A stretch of 64,000 nucleotides of DNA, taken from assembly GCA_965240325.2 (NCBI GenBank), contig OZ251236.1:1116001-1180000 (forward strand), read 5' to 3'. The DNA is from Rebecca billardiae RCC1528 (lineage: Eukaryota; Protista; Haptophyta). Below the pieces are notes generated by a model. The model saw only the letters and a program-made list of their open reading frames with translations, was not told where the DNA came from and ran no database searches. Position numbers and translations under genes: made by a program. Below are positions 10,777-22,439 of this stretch, in pieces. The number at the start of each line of letters is the position of its first letter. Position 1 is the first letter of the stretch.

Positions 10777-13700
10777 CGAGCAGCAGCGCGGCGGACGAGC
10801 ACTCTCTCGGCGCGGCGGGCACGGCGGGCGGCGCGCAACGCGCGCTGGCCGCCGCCGAGTCGCGCGCCGCGCTGCAAACGGTCGCCCGGACCGAGTCTCG
10901 TCTGGAGGAGCAGATCCGGACTCTGGAGGCGCAGCTGCTCGAGGCGGTGCGCGGCAGGGACGCGGCGGCGAGGCGCGCGGAGGACGCCGAGGCGCGCGCG
11001 AGCCTCGCCGAGGCCGCGCGCGAGGCGGCGAGCGAGCAGGCGCGCGCCGTGGCGCAGGAACTTTCGGATGAGCGCGCGCGCGGCGCGGGCGCGCTGCACG
11101 CATCGGCTGCGCCGTCGGAGTACGCCGCCGCGGCGTCGGCTGCGTCGGTGGCCGAGGTGGCGCGCTTGCGCGCGCAGGTGGCGGAGCTCGAGGCGCGCGC
11201 CACGCGCGCGGAGGCGGAGGCCGCAGCAGCGCGCGCCGCGCCGCCGCCTGGGAGCCCGCACTCGCGGCTGCCGAGCCCTTGGGGCGGCGTCCGTGGGCAC
11301 GGCAGCGGCCTCCGCCGCGGCAGCAGCGCCCTGAGCGAGCTTGGCGGCGGCGGCGGCGGCAGCCGGCTCCACTCGCCCTCCGCCGCGCGCGCGGACGCGA
11401 GCGCCGCATCCGCGCGCGCCGAGCTCGCGGAGGCGTCCGCGCGCGAGGCAGAGGCTGCGCTGGCGGGCGCGCGGGCGCACGCGGCGGTGGAGGCGGCGCG
11501 GCTGCGCGCCGGCCTGGACGCGGCCACCGCCGCGCTGACGGCGGCGAACGCGAGGTCCGCGCGCGCCGCGGTGGGCGAGCGTGCGCTCGGCTCCGAGCTC
11601 GCCGCGACCGAGGCGGCCGCCGCCGACGGCGCGCGCACCGCCGCCGAGCTGCGCGCGCTTCTGAGCGCGTCCGCCGCCGAGTTGCGACACTCGCGCGACG
11701 CGGCTCGGCACGTGCTCGACGCGCTCGGCGCCGCCGAGTCGGCGGCGCGCGCGCGCGAGGCCGCGCTGGGAGTCGCGCTGTCGGAGGCGGACGCGGACGG
11801 CCTCGGCGCCTTCGCCGAGCTCTCCGCCGAGGCGACGGAGCTGCTCGAGGTCGCGCGGTCCGCGGTGGAAGAGGCCCGCTCGGACGCCGAGGCGTGGCGG
11901 GAGGCGGAGGCGCGCGCCACCGCCGACGCCGCCGCCGAGCTGGGCGTGGCGCACATCGAGGCGGCGGCGGCCGCGTCCCGGCTGGAGCGCCGCGCGCGCG
12001 ACGCGGAGGCGCGCGCCGCCGCGCTCGGCCTCCGCCTCGCCGCGACCGACGAGGAGGCCGCAGCGCTGCGCCGGGAGTCGGGCGCGCGCGCGGACGAGCT
12101 CAAGGAGCTGCGTGTGGCTCTCGGCGTGGGCGAGGAGGCGGCGGAGGCGGAGGCGGAGGAGGAGGCGGAGGCGGGGAGTGGCGGCGGTGCGCAGGGCGGG
12201 TGGGCGCAGCTGCGCTCGCACTCGCCGCCGCCGTTCGCACACGCCGCCGCGTTCGCGGCGAGCACGCCGGCGTCGGCGCGCGAGGCGGGGCGGCGCGAGC
12301 CGCCGGCGCCGAATGCGCACACGCCCGCGCACGCGCACACGCACGCGCACGCGCACGCTTGCCGCCCAGCTGCTGCGCTGGCGCACAGCGCGCCGCCGCC
12401 GCCGCGCGTGCACGCGGCTCCGGGCGTGCCGCCACTGACGGCGCCGCGTGAGCCGGGCGTACGCGAGGCCTCGCCGCCGCACCACCTCGCCGCGAGCGCG
12501 GCGGCCTCGCCGCCGCCGCGCGCCTCGCGTGCGGACGTGGCGTGTGCGCGCACGCCCGACGTCAAGGACCAGGGCGCGGCGGGCGCGGCGGGCGGGCGCG
12601 AGGGCGGCGGCGGCGGCGCGGCCTCCATCCGCGTGGCCGCGCAGCTGGCGCGCGGCGGCATGGCGTCGCTGCATGCCTCGCTCGGCGCGCTCGGCGCGGA
12701 CGTGCTCGAGGCGGTGCAGGGGCTGGCGGCGGACGCGGCGGCTGCGAGCGCGCGCGCGGACGCGCTCGGCGCCGAGCTCGAAGCGACGACGGCGGCGGCG
12801 CGAGAGGCTGAGTCGGCGCGAGAGGGCGCGCGGGAGGCGGCGGAGAGCGCGCACGCGGCGCAGGTCGCTGAGGTGACGGCGGCGACGGCCGCGCTGTCGA
12901 GCACCGTGCATCGGCTGAGCACCATCGTCGTCGCCGCGTGCGGCGTCAGCGGAGCGAGCGGCATGACGCCGGGCGCGCACGCGCCGGGCGCGCACGCGCC
13001 GGGCGCGCACGCGCCGGGCGCGCACGCGCCGGGCGCGCACGCGCCGGGCGCGGCCGCGGCCGGCGCGATGGGGCGGGCGGGCGCGGCGGGCGCGCGCGCG
13101 CAGCTCCCGGGGACGGCGGCGGCGGCGGGCGCGCACGCGGCCGCGCCATGGCAGTACGGCGGGGGCTGGGGCGGCGGGGCGGGCGGGCTCGCCGGCGGCG
13201 GCGGCGGCGTCGTCACGCCGGCCGTGCCGCGGAGCCCGGCGGTGCCGTGCGGCGGCGCGGCCGTGGGCGGCTGGGGCCAGTCCGGTACCGGCTGGTCCGG
13301 TGGCGGGTCGGCGGCGCAGCAGCCGGCAGGCGTTTCGGCATGCTGCGCGTCCGATGGTGCGGCGGGTGTCAGCTGGGCCCGCCACGCCGGCGCTCGCGCC
13401 GCGGCCGCGCCTGGCGGCGGCGTGCCCGGCGCCTGCGGCTGTGGCAGCGCTCAGCACGCGCCGAGCGCGCTCGAGCGCGCGCCCACGCTCGCCTGCGTCG
13501 AGTTGCCCACGCAGGCGAGCTGGTGGGCGGCGGACGTCGCGGGCGCGTCCGGCGCATCGGCCGAGGCGGCGGCCGCGGCGGCAGCCCACGCCGCCGCCGC
13601 GGCCGCGGCCGCGCTCGGCTCGGGCGACCGCGCGGCGCTGCCGGCGCTCCTCGCGGCTACAGACGCGCAGGCGGACGCGGCGGCCATGCTGATCGGGGGC

Positions 13701-15335
13701 GGGCTGGCGCGCGCGGCTGCGTCGGGGTACGAGGCCGGCTTGGGGCTGGCAGCCGCCGTGCTCTCGCCTGAGCTGCGCGCCGCCGACGAGCGCGTCGCGG
13801 CGCACGCGCGCACGCGCGCGGCGCTCGAGCTGCCGGCGGCGGGCGCGGCGGTGGAGGCGTGCCTCCGCGCCGAGCTGCTGGACGCGGAGGCGGCGGTGGG
13901 TCGGGAGCGCGCGCTGCGGCGGGAGCTGGTCGAGGCGCACGCCGCGCTCGCCGCGTCTGAGTCGAGCAGCGCTGAGCTGCGCGCGCGCGCGCGCGACGCC
14001 GTCGACACGGCGGGCAGCAGGGCCGGCGCTTCGCCTGCGGGCGGCAGGCTGCTGGGTGGAGGCCGACCCGAGGTGCGCGCGCGCGCGCCGAGCGAGTAGG
14101 CTGTGCGCCGCGCCGCGCCGCGCCGACGCGCCGTGCCGTGCGCCGCCCCCGGGGCGACGGCGAGCTCTGGGCGGCGCGCGGCGCGTGTGCGCGACCCTCG
14201 TGGCGCGCGCGCGGCGCGGGGCCCCGCTCGCGTGCGCGCGCTGGGCTCACACCCGCGCGCCGCGCGCCGCTGCGGCCCTCGCGCGCGCGGCGCGCAGGGC
14301 GGCGCGCGCGGCGCCGCGGCCGCCGAGCGCGTGGACGGCGCCTACGCCGAGTTGGGTGCGCAGGGCGCTGTCGAGCTGCGCGTGCTCAGAGGTGCGTGCG
14401 CTTGGCCCCGCGGCCTCGTCGCGCTCCCGCACGCACCCCGCGCGCTCCCCCCGCGCGCACCCCCTCAGCACGCGGCCGCCGCCGCCTCGGTCGCCGCGCC
14501 GCACGCGCCGCGCCGCGCGCGCGCAGCCGAGCTCCGCGTGGCGGACAGCGCCCTCCTCGCCACCGAGCTCGCGGCCGCCAGGCTGGAGCGCGAGCGCGAG
14601 CACATGGCGCACAGGCTGGGCGCGCGCGCGCGCGAGGCGGAGCAGTCGAGGCGCGCCTCCGTCGGCGTGCACGCGGAGGCGGAGGCGGCGGTGGGCGAGC
14701 GCGACGCGCTGCGCGCCGCGCTGCGCGAGCTGCAACTCTCTCTCTCGCGCGCCGACCTGAGCCAGGAGCGCACCGCGCTCGGCGCCGCGTCGGAGCGGCT
14801 GCTGTGGGGCGGCGAGGTGGGCGAGCTGGCCGCGCTGGTGAGCAGCCTGGAGCCCGCCGCACCGCCGTCGCCCGTGCCGTCGGCCGCGCGCTGGCGGGCG
14901 GACGCGCTGGGCGCACGGCTGGGCGGCGGCGCGCTGCCTCGCCGCGCGCTCGGTGGCGGCGGTGGCGCGGCGGGCGGAGGGCTCGCCGCGCGCGGCGGCG
15001 CGCCCTCGCGCCCACGCGCCTCGGCGGCGGCGGCGGTGGCGGCGGACGGCACGCGGCGCTGGGGCATCGGGCCGGCAAGTGGCGCGCGACACGCGCCGAC
15101 CCCGCAGCCGTCGCCACCCGCTGCCGGCTGGAGCGCGCTCGGCGCCAGCGCGGACACAGCGCGCGGCGGCTCTCTGCCCGCCCCGCCCCTCGCGGGTCCG
15201 ACCGCCGCGCGCTCGTGGGACTCGGCCGAGGCCGGGCCGCTTGCGGCGCGCACGACGCCGTCCGCGGCGGCGTGGACGCCGTACCGCGGCGCTGCGTGGG
15301 CGCTGACAGCAGGTGCGGGCGGCAGTGGCGACTAG
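9693..15335 (+). CDS. Large Ala-rich coiled-coil protein of unknown function (3 exons)
   Basis: Exons 9693-14072, 14298-14391 and 14527-15335 join in frame through GT-AG introns. Long heptad-like A/E/R tracts; (PGAHA)x5 at ~12969-13050. Confidence 0.65.
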
Positions 15336-15863
15336 CACTAGCAGGCCGTCGTCAGGCCGCGGTTGCCTGTCGCCGCGCTGCCACTCGCCCACTCGGCCAG
15401 CACTGACATATCGCATTCGCTGTCTTAAAGCGCAGTAGACAGTAGTCACTACGGTCAGTCTTAGTGTCCGAACTGTCACTTACAGTCTAAGTCTTATTAT
15501 TGTCGTCTATAACACTGCTAAATTAATAATAAAGTGTTATATTCGGCTGAGCTGAGACACTACTACCACATCGCACATTATGGCCCGCGGTGCAGGGCGG
15601 AGCGCGCAGCGTGGAGCCCGCACCAGCGGGCCCGAACCACGTTTCAAAAAGATCTTTGATCAAAGAAAAAAGGGACGGGGACGATTTTCAGGGCTGGAGG
15701 AGACCGAGTTTCGAATTTTGAGACTCCCTTACAGGTGCATCCTCGTCGAAAAAGGGCGCGTCCGACTCCGTCCACAGTGGAGTGGTGTCAAGACACTAGG
15801 TGTCTCGGTCAGTGGTTTGAGGTTGGGTGAGGGTGGTGGTTGGTTGGGGGCTGGCCAGGGTAG

Positions 15864-15926
15864 GGCTGGAGGCTTCGGCCGCCAGCCTGATCACCCGGAG
15901 CCCGTTATAAAGGGGAATTTAAAAAA
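15864..15926 (+). mobile_element. Probable 3' end of a non-LTR retroelement/SINE (cUUCGg hairpin plus A-rich tail)
   Basis: Hairpin GGCTGGAGGC-TTCG-GCCGCCAGCC ends in ...GGGGAATTTAAAAAA. Bases 15875-15925 match the TSD-flanked insert at 61959-62009 (opposite strand, 1 mismatch). Confidence 0.6.
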
Positions 15927-17452
15927 GCCGTCTTGAATAGTGAACAGAGGAATCAACGAAACCCACGCCCAAGTGTGCGAGGGTGAGTAATTACGGGTGG
16001 ACTCAGTCGTTCATGTGTGACCATAGTAAATAAATATGGGCCTCGCCGCCGCAAGAACGACTCTCACCAACTCCAATACTGCGAGACATTGAAAAAATAC
16101 CCGCAGCTATTCGTCGCCAGCCCATTTCATAGTCACTGATCGACGCACCGAGCTGGCGAGCCTCAAAACTCGCCGTCTTGCCAGCGCCGCGCGACTCTCG
16201 CCTCCAAGCAAGGGCGGGCGATGGGCAGGTGCGCGCGGCCAGTGGCGCCTGGAGCGCGCGTCTGCGGCGGGTCCCGACGGCCGTCGACATCGTGTTCGTG
16301 CCCCGCTCACTAGTCACTCCGCGCGTCCCTGCCGCCCTGTCGATGCCTGCGCGGCCGGGGCCGCGCGTCAGCGCAGCCGCCGCCCTTTGTTCGGGCTCTC
16401 GCAAGCTCGGGGGCAGCGGCGCCTGACTGATGCCGGACTGATCGATCTCTGAGTCTCCGACTTCACCACACGCCCCCCTTGTCATGCCTCTCCGCCAGGG
16501 TCTCCCAGAACTCTTCTTCAGAGCAGGCGCGCCAACCCGAATCCATCGATCTGTTCTGCCGGCACTCTCGGCCCGCGCCGGCAAGTCTGTCTGCAGCGCT
16601 GGACGGGCGGACCTAGGAGGACGAGCTGCGGCGCGGACGACGGTGGTGCGCGACGTCCCCAGAGCTGGCCGTGCCTCTGCGACGCGTGCCGAGCCTGACC
16701 GAGGTGTGTCACCCCGTGACCCCGTGCAGTGCACGCGCGGCGCGCGAAATAACGATCACCGGTGCCCTCGCACCTCGGCACACACAGTGCTCCCTCTGGC
16801 TGTCTGCTCCGCGTGGCCTGGCGTGCACGTAGATAGAGTTGCGCTCATGCGTCGATCACGCCTCGCGCCCGCCTGTCGGCCGTCGCGCAGGCGCTGGTCG
16901 AACCCTACTCGGACCAGTGCAAATCATCTACTCCTGCGGCGCTGCCCGGCGGCGCGCGGTGACGACAGACAGCGCGGTCAGCAGCAGCGGCCCGAACGAA
17001 TCCGCGGCCCCGCACCGTGTTCCCTGGCTGTCAGCTCCACGTGGCCTGGCGTGCACGTGGAGTCGCGCTCATGCGTCGATCACGCCTCGTCGCATCCGCC
17101 TGTACACAATCCGGGCGCCGGCGCCGGCTGCTGCGATGGGCCCGCGCCCGGGCGCCGGCACCGGGGCGCAGCGGCGCGCCGCTGGAGTCTAGTTGTACGG
17201 GCATGCGACTGGTCTGTCAATAGACGACTGCGACGGAGGGTGCACCGCCACCGCGGGCCCCGAACTACGTTCGTTCTACGGAAAAGGACCGCGGAACGCG
17301 GTCATAAATACTATTTTAATAGAGCGCCAGAGATCGAAAGACTAGCGGAGAGAGTGCGAGACGGCGAGTGAGAGCGAGAGCCGACGAGACGGTGATATCG
17401 CCGCATCAGAGAGACGGAGATCGAGACTCACGTACTCACTGTAGTCTGTAGA

Positions 17453-17911
17453 GGGGTCAGAGCCCCACTGTGGGACTGGGGTGTGTGGCCCAAAATCCAA
17501 CTTTCTGTCGTCTTGAGATCTGCTGAGGCTCTCAATCAAATTCTTCGGCAGTAGGATGTCAAGATTCGCCTGAAATGACCTGGCGGGGTCACGCTGATAC
17601 GTTTTGCGAAAAAATGTCACATACTGGAGATATACGACCTCAATCTCGACGCGATCTCGGAAACATTAGTAGGGGAGATACACGATCTCCAAGGTGATCT
17701 CGCTATTTGTACCAGAATCGCACCGGCTAGATCACATTTTGGCAGTCTCAGACGGTCTGAAATTGGCACAGGCGGGTTCTACACCCTGGAATTAAGCATA
17801 AATAACGAACTTAAACGGACTCAAACAGTTATAAATAGAGGATATATTTCATATTTCGAGATTTCGGGAGATTGTGTCACTCGGGAGTGCAACGGTCGGA
17901 GCTCTGACCCC
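17453..17911. mobile_element. Possible MITE
   Basis: 11-bp terminal inverted repeat GGGGTCAGAGC...GCTCTGACCCC around a lower-GC interior. No clean TSD. Confidence 0.4.
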
Positions 17912-19276
17912 GAGAGAGAGTCTCAGGAGAGCGAGATTAGAGAACGAGTTAGAGCAGACGAGTAGAGTCGTGAGCCGGTCACAGGCAGAGTCTTAATAAT
18001 CAGTCTCATTTCTTCGCGGATCGGACGGAGTGACGGAGTTAGACCGACTTAGCTGACAGCTCGGCACCTCGGGAGTCGGGGCCCCGGCTGACCGGCGGGC
18101 CCCGGGCCCGGGCCCGGGGGCCGCCTGAAGTCGGGAGAGTGTGACGAGTCACGAGACGGTTCAGGAGCCGTGGCCAGCAGCCCAGCTTAAGTGAGCTTAG
18201 GTAATAGCTGCCTTAGCAATCATTGTTCGATGATTTAATAACTACGACACAAGCTGACAATACACTCATACAGTCCAGCTGATCAAACATAATTTTAGAA
18301 ACAGCAATCCGCTCCACTGTGTCGCGGTCCACGCCGCCCGTGGCCGCGTCGACGGCGCCTACTGTCGACTCATCTCGAACAGCCGGAGCGCGGCTTCCGC
18401 CGGGCAGATGAGTATGCGGCGCTGTGCGTGCGGTTCGACGGCGTGACTCGAGCCATTCTCGGCCTGCGCTCGGGCCGAAAAAGGCGCGGCACTAACTCGC
18501 CGTCATCTCGGTGAATAATTGCCGGGCAGAGGCCGTGGTATCGGCGACAAGGGCATACATGACTGGCCCGCCACAACACTACCGCCGCCAACCACACGAG
18601 CGCGCGCGCGCGTCAACGTCAACGTGCCGGACTTTCTTGTGGCCCCGCCGCCTGCCCAGTGCCCGGCCTCGGCCGGCCCGCAAGGCCTGCTCTGAGTCTG
18701 GCAATCCGCTCTGCGCAAAACTCCGATCCGCCATCATCGTTCGCCATCATCAGAAGCTGTTTATCTCGCCTGCCTGAGCTGTGTCACTTGTGTGCGTCTC
18801 TTATTATTCTTAGTAAACTGATGAAGGATGGCGCGGCAACCTGCCACCGTGAGCCTTACGCACGTTAAAACAAATAAACTGTACTACAATATATATATTA
18901 ACGACGTGGTATGCAACGGGCAGGCGTCAGAGTCAGCAAGCTGTAGCAGCAGATCGAGCAGCAGAGACAAACACCAGGATCAGCGCTCCTCGCCGTCGTC
19001 CCCCCCCTCATAGTCGCCCATCACTCCATCGCCGAGCGGAAGCTCGACGCACCGTCTGGCGTCGACGCGCACGCGCCACCGCGGTGGTCGCGGTGCCACG
19101 CGTCGTCAGCCGTCGTCTCGAAGTAGTCGTCGTATGCAGCGCCCCCGCGGGCGCGTGCCCCCGGGCGCACGTGCGCCATGCGCGCGCGGGCGATGAGCAT
19201 CTTGGCCTGGCCACGCAGGCAGCGAAGTACGTAACGGCCGGTGGACACTTGGTGGACACTGGACCCGTCGCCCGTA

Positions 19277-19870
19277 CAGGTGGATACGGGTGATCTGGAC
19301 AGTGGCCGACCCAACTCACGCGGAGGCCTCCCTGGGAGCATTGGGGTCGAAGGGGCGCCAGGGACGGACTTCAGGGGGTCCCTGGAGTTCCGCCGCAGCG
19401 CGCTTTCTGCGCTGCGGGCCCGTCTCCGCGCGTGGCGGCCGCAATGGCACTGTCCAATTAGCCCCTGGCACTGGCTGAGGCATGGGAATCGAGCTCAGAG
19501 ACGCGCGCGCGGAGGAAAAGCGTGTGCAGCGGCTCGGACGGTTGCTCTGGGACCTACCCACGCCAGCGCAACCGCGCCTTGCCTCGGAGTCCGCCCTTCC
19601 TGAGTCCGCGCACGCGCCTTGCGGCTTGAAACGCTGGCGTTCGCCCTTGTGCGCGGGACTCACGAAACAAGGCGAAGGCGGCGAGAAGCGCGACCTGGCG
19701 CGTGCGCAGACGACGTCTCACGACCAGGTGAGTTCAGCGAACATCGTGCGCCGTCGTGGCGACCCGCCAGTGGGCGCTCGTGCTCGTTCGCCCACGAGCC
19801 CTCGCCACGAGGCCCGCCGCCCGCTGAGTGTCCAGATAGCCCCTGTGTCCAGTTAGCCCGTATCCACCTG
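19277..19870. mobile_element. Tc1/mariner-type non-autonomous element (MITE)
   Basis: TA|CAGGTGGATACGGG...CCCGTATCCACCTG|TA: 14-bp perfect TIR with TA target duplication. Internal TGTCCA.TTAGCCC-like motifs at ~19451, ~19829 and ~19846. Confidence 0.8.
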
Positions 19871-20430
19871 TAGACCGCTTTAACCAAGGGGGGTAATTAG
19901 CACAGCTGTAGTGGGCGTTAGCCCATTGACTGGACCCCAATGAATAACAATCTTTCGCGTACTAGTACGGGAGATGATTCTGGTCGCCTGGGTAGAGTAC
20001 TACGCCCGTTCAAAGTTAGGTCGTAGCTGTAACAAAGGCATGCCAGCATCAAACCAGCATAGCGTATTGAGACCTCGCGGAGCGCTGTAATCACAAGACG
20101 TCTCCGAGAGTTCGCCGAGATACTGATCTTCCCTCATCTGAGCACGGGGTTTAAACAAATCTGAACAGCCAGATCCGTCCGCCTGGGGAGATATGTGCCT
20201 GGCGCCCTTTGCGGGTAGGTTTATATTCATTTGCGGGTAGCATCATCTCACGTTGTGGGTAGCGGTAGTCCTGCGACCTATGGGGTAATAGTGTTGAGAT
20301 TCTTCGGGAGAGGAGGCTGACGAAAATTAATCGCACCCGGGTGGACCCCGTGTGAGGTGATTGCTAGTGACTCATTTAGATCTTGGCTGCTCGCATTCTC
20401 AGCACCAGCGCGAACGGTCCGCGAGGCAGG

Positions 20431-21645
20431 ATGAACGGGCAAACAAGTGCGCACACACACCACCGCCCACGCCAGATGGACCTCCACCCACACTTAATCG
20501 AACATGAGCACCGGCGCGCTCAGGACGTCATCGCCGCTGGGGCGAGTGACAGCGCACGCATCGACGCCCTCATCTTCCTCGGCCTCGACCCACTGTCGAT
20601 CATGCCCTCCTCGACCGCGCTGCCGATGGCACTTGCTGCGCTCGCGCGAAGCGCAACCGTCACCACAACGGATGCGCCCGCCGCCCAGCCTACGGTGATC
20701 CACCCCCAGTTGGCGGCGTGCGCCGGAGCTCCAGTGCTCGCGCTCCACGTGCCGCAGGGCGAGGCCAAGCATGGCGGGCCGCACTGGCGCGGGCCCGAGC
20801 CGCGCTGGCGCGCGACGGCGCGGCGTGCCTCCGTGCCGGGCCTCGTCGTCGTCACGCCCACGTCGGCTACCATCTCGCCCGCGCTCAGCGACATCCGGGC
20901 GCCGATGCCACCTGTCGTTACAAGCGCCTCGCCCCGCGTGCACGATCCGGACCTGAGCGCCGCGGTCACCGAAGAGGCCGAGACGCTCGAGTTCCACTCG
21001 GACACTCAGTGGGACGAGCCGACGCCGTGCAACGTGTGCAACCGCCGCTTCGGGTGCAAGTACCAGGCGAAGAAGCACTTCATGCGCTGCCACTACATGG
21101 GGCCAAAGCGCTACCTGTGCACGCACTGCGGCGTCAAGGCGTACGCCATCAAGGAGGACTTGACGACGCACGCGAAAGGATGCGGCCGGACCTTCCAGTG
21201 CTCGTGCGGCCAGAACCTGCGCACGCGGGCAACGCTGATGCGCCACTGCAAGCGCACAGGGCACGCTCCGGCGCAGCTCGAGGGTGTCGCGAGCGAGGAG
21301 CGGGTCCAGTCCGAGCCCACCCCCCAGCCGGACTCCACCCCCACGAGTAGCACGCCGGCGAACACGACGGCCGGCGTCGACGGCCTCGTTTGGCATCCGC
21401 ATCAGCCGACGCTGCCTGCGCCTCGCTCAGCAGCGCTCTCCACAAGCGCGGCATGTGACGAGAGTGCGAGCACAGTGCGCCGTGGGCCGTCGGAGTCGGG
21501 CGAGCCCATCCCCATCGTCGACAGGCTGCCGATGAGCGAGTTCGCGCCCTTGCTCAGCATCGCAGATTCCAACCACAGCATGAACGTCGGCTTGTTGGCG
21601 GATTTTCTGTTTGGCAGCACCGCACTCGATGATTTCATGGCATGA
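20431..21645 (+). CDS. C2H2/C2HC zinc-finger protein, ATMIN(ASCIZ)/plant WIP-STOP1-like finger array
   Basis: CNVC..F...KHFMRCH...YLCTHC..AYAIKEDLTTHAKGCGRTFQCSCG....RATLMRHCKRTGH. Intronless; the start could be 20431 or 20476. Confidence 0.85.
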   Translation: MNGQTSAHTHHRPRQMDLHPHLIEHEHRRAQDVIAAGASDSARIDALIFLGLDPLSIMPSSTALPMALAALARSATVTTTDAPAAQPTVIHPQLAACAGAPVLALHVPQGEAKHGGPHWRGPEPRWRATARRASVPGLVVVTPTSATISPALSDIRAPMPPVVTSASPRVHDPDLSAAVTEEAETLEFHSDTQWDEPTPCNVCNRRFGCKYQAKKHFMRCHYMGPKRYLCTHCGVKAYAIKEDLTTHAKGCGRTFQCSCGQNLRTRATLMRHCKRTGHAPAQLEGVASEERVQSEPTPQPDSTPTSSTPANTTAGVDGLVWHPHQPTLPAPRSAALSTSAACDESASTVRRGPSESGEPIPIVDRLPMSEFAPLLSIADSNHSMNVGLLADFLFGSTALDDFMA

Positions 21646-21819
21646 GACGACATGAGTCCCTTTGAACAAACACTACGTGCGCCCTCGTGCTCCGAAGGCG
21701 TTGCCGTAGGCGTCTGCGCCAGCAGTGTCTCGGATGCCCCCGCGCCGGCTGCAGCACGTGGAGCCGCGGCTGTCTGAGGCCCGCAGCGTGCGCGCGGCTA
21801 ATGCCACTAGTAATGTCTG

Positions 21820-21822
<3 letters not shown>

Positions 21823-21868
<46 letters not shown>
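21823..21868. repeat. (AT)n microsatellite
   Basis: About 23 AT units. Confidence 0.95.
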
Positions 21869-21875
<7 letters not shown>

Positions 21876-22439
21876 GTCTAATCAGATGCGGGCCTCGTCA
21901 CCCGCCTCAGCAGGCAGCGAATCCGTTATTCGGGGTCCGACTATTCCTGACTTAGCTAGGCTACGAACGGTTCGTAGTTATGTACTGATTCAGCTAGCAA
22001 TCTCGGCATGTAGTACGCGACGTAGTCATCACATCATCACTCATCAGCGCCGCCGGCACGGGGCGGGCGCGGGGCGCCGGGCCGGCGGGCCGCGCGGCGC
22101 CGTGGGAAGTGGGCCAGTGAAGCGTGGGATTTGGGAATAAGCGGATAGATGATATGCATGAGTGTGACGACGACCGTACTGAGTCGGTACTGCGTACAAG
22201 ACCGGATGATGATTGATGATACTAATAATATCACGAGTGCACGATGACGAGCCGAGCGCGCTACCGCGGCGGCTTCCGCCATCATGTCTCGATCATGGTG
22301 AATCGGGTGATATAGAATAATACCCGCATCGTCCATCCGGGCCAGCAGCAGGCCGCTTGATCATTCATCTTGCGGCGCGGCCTTGATGGTAACGCGCCAT
22401 CGGAGCTGCTCGAGCGGAGCTGGGCGGCCGCGTCAGGCT

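Noticed and set aside
9647-13940. Long minus-strand ORFs (1189 and 1171 aa) and similar R/A/P-rich ORFs throughout
   Set aside because: Antisense or alternate-frame shadows of real genes in very high-GC DNA.
19021-19856. Small ORFs 19021-19341 and 19482-19856 as genes
   Set aside because: No recognisable domain; they overlap a MITE; at best decayed fragments.
21961-21998. Helitron 3' end (hairpin plus CTAG)
   Set aside because: The hairpin has a 1-nt loop, CTAG is not followed by T, and no second copy supports it.
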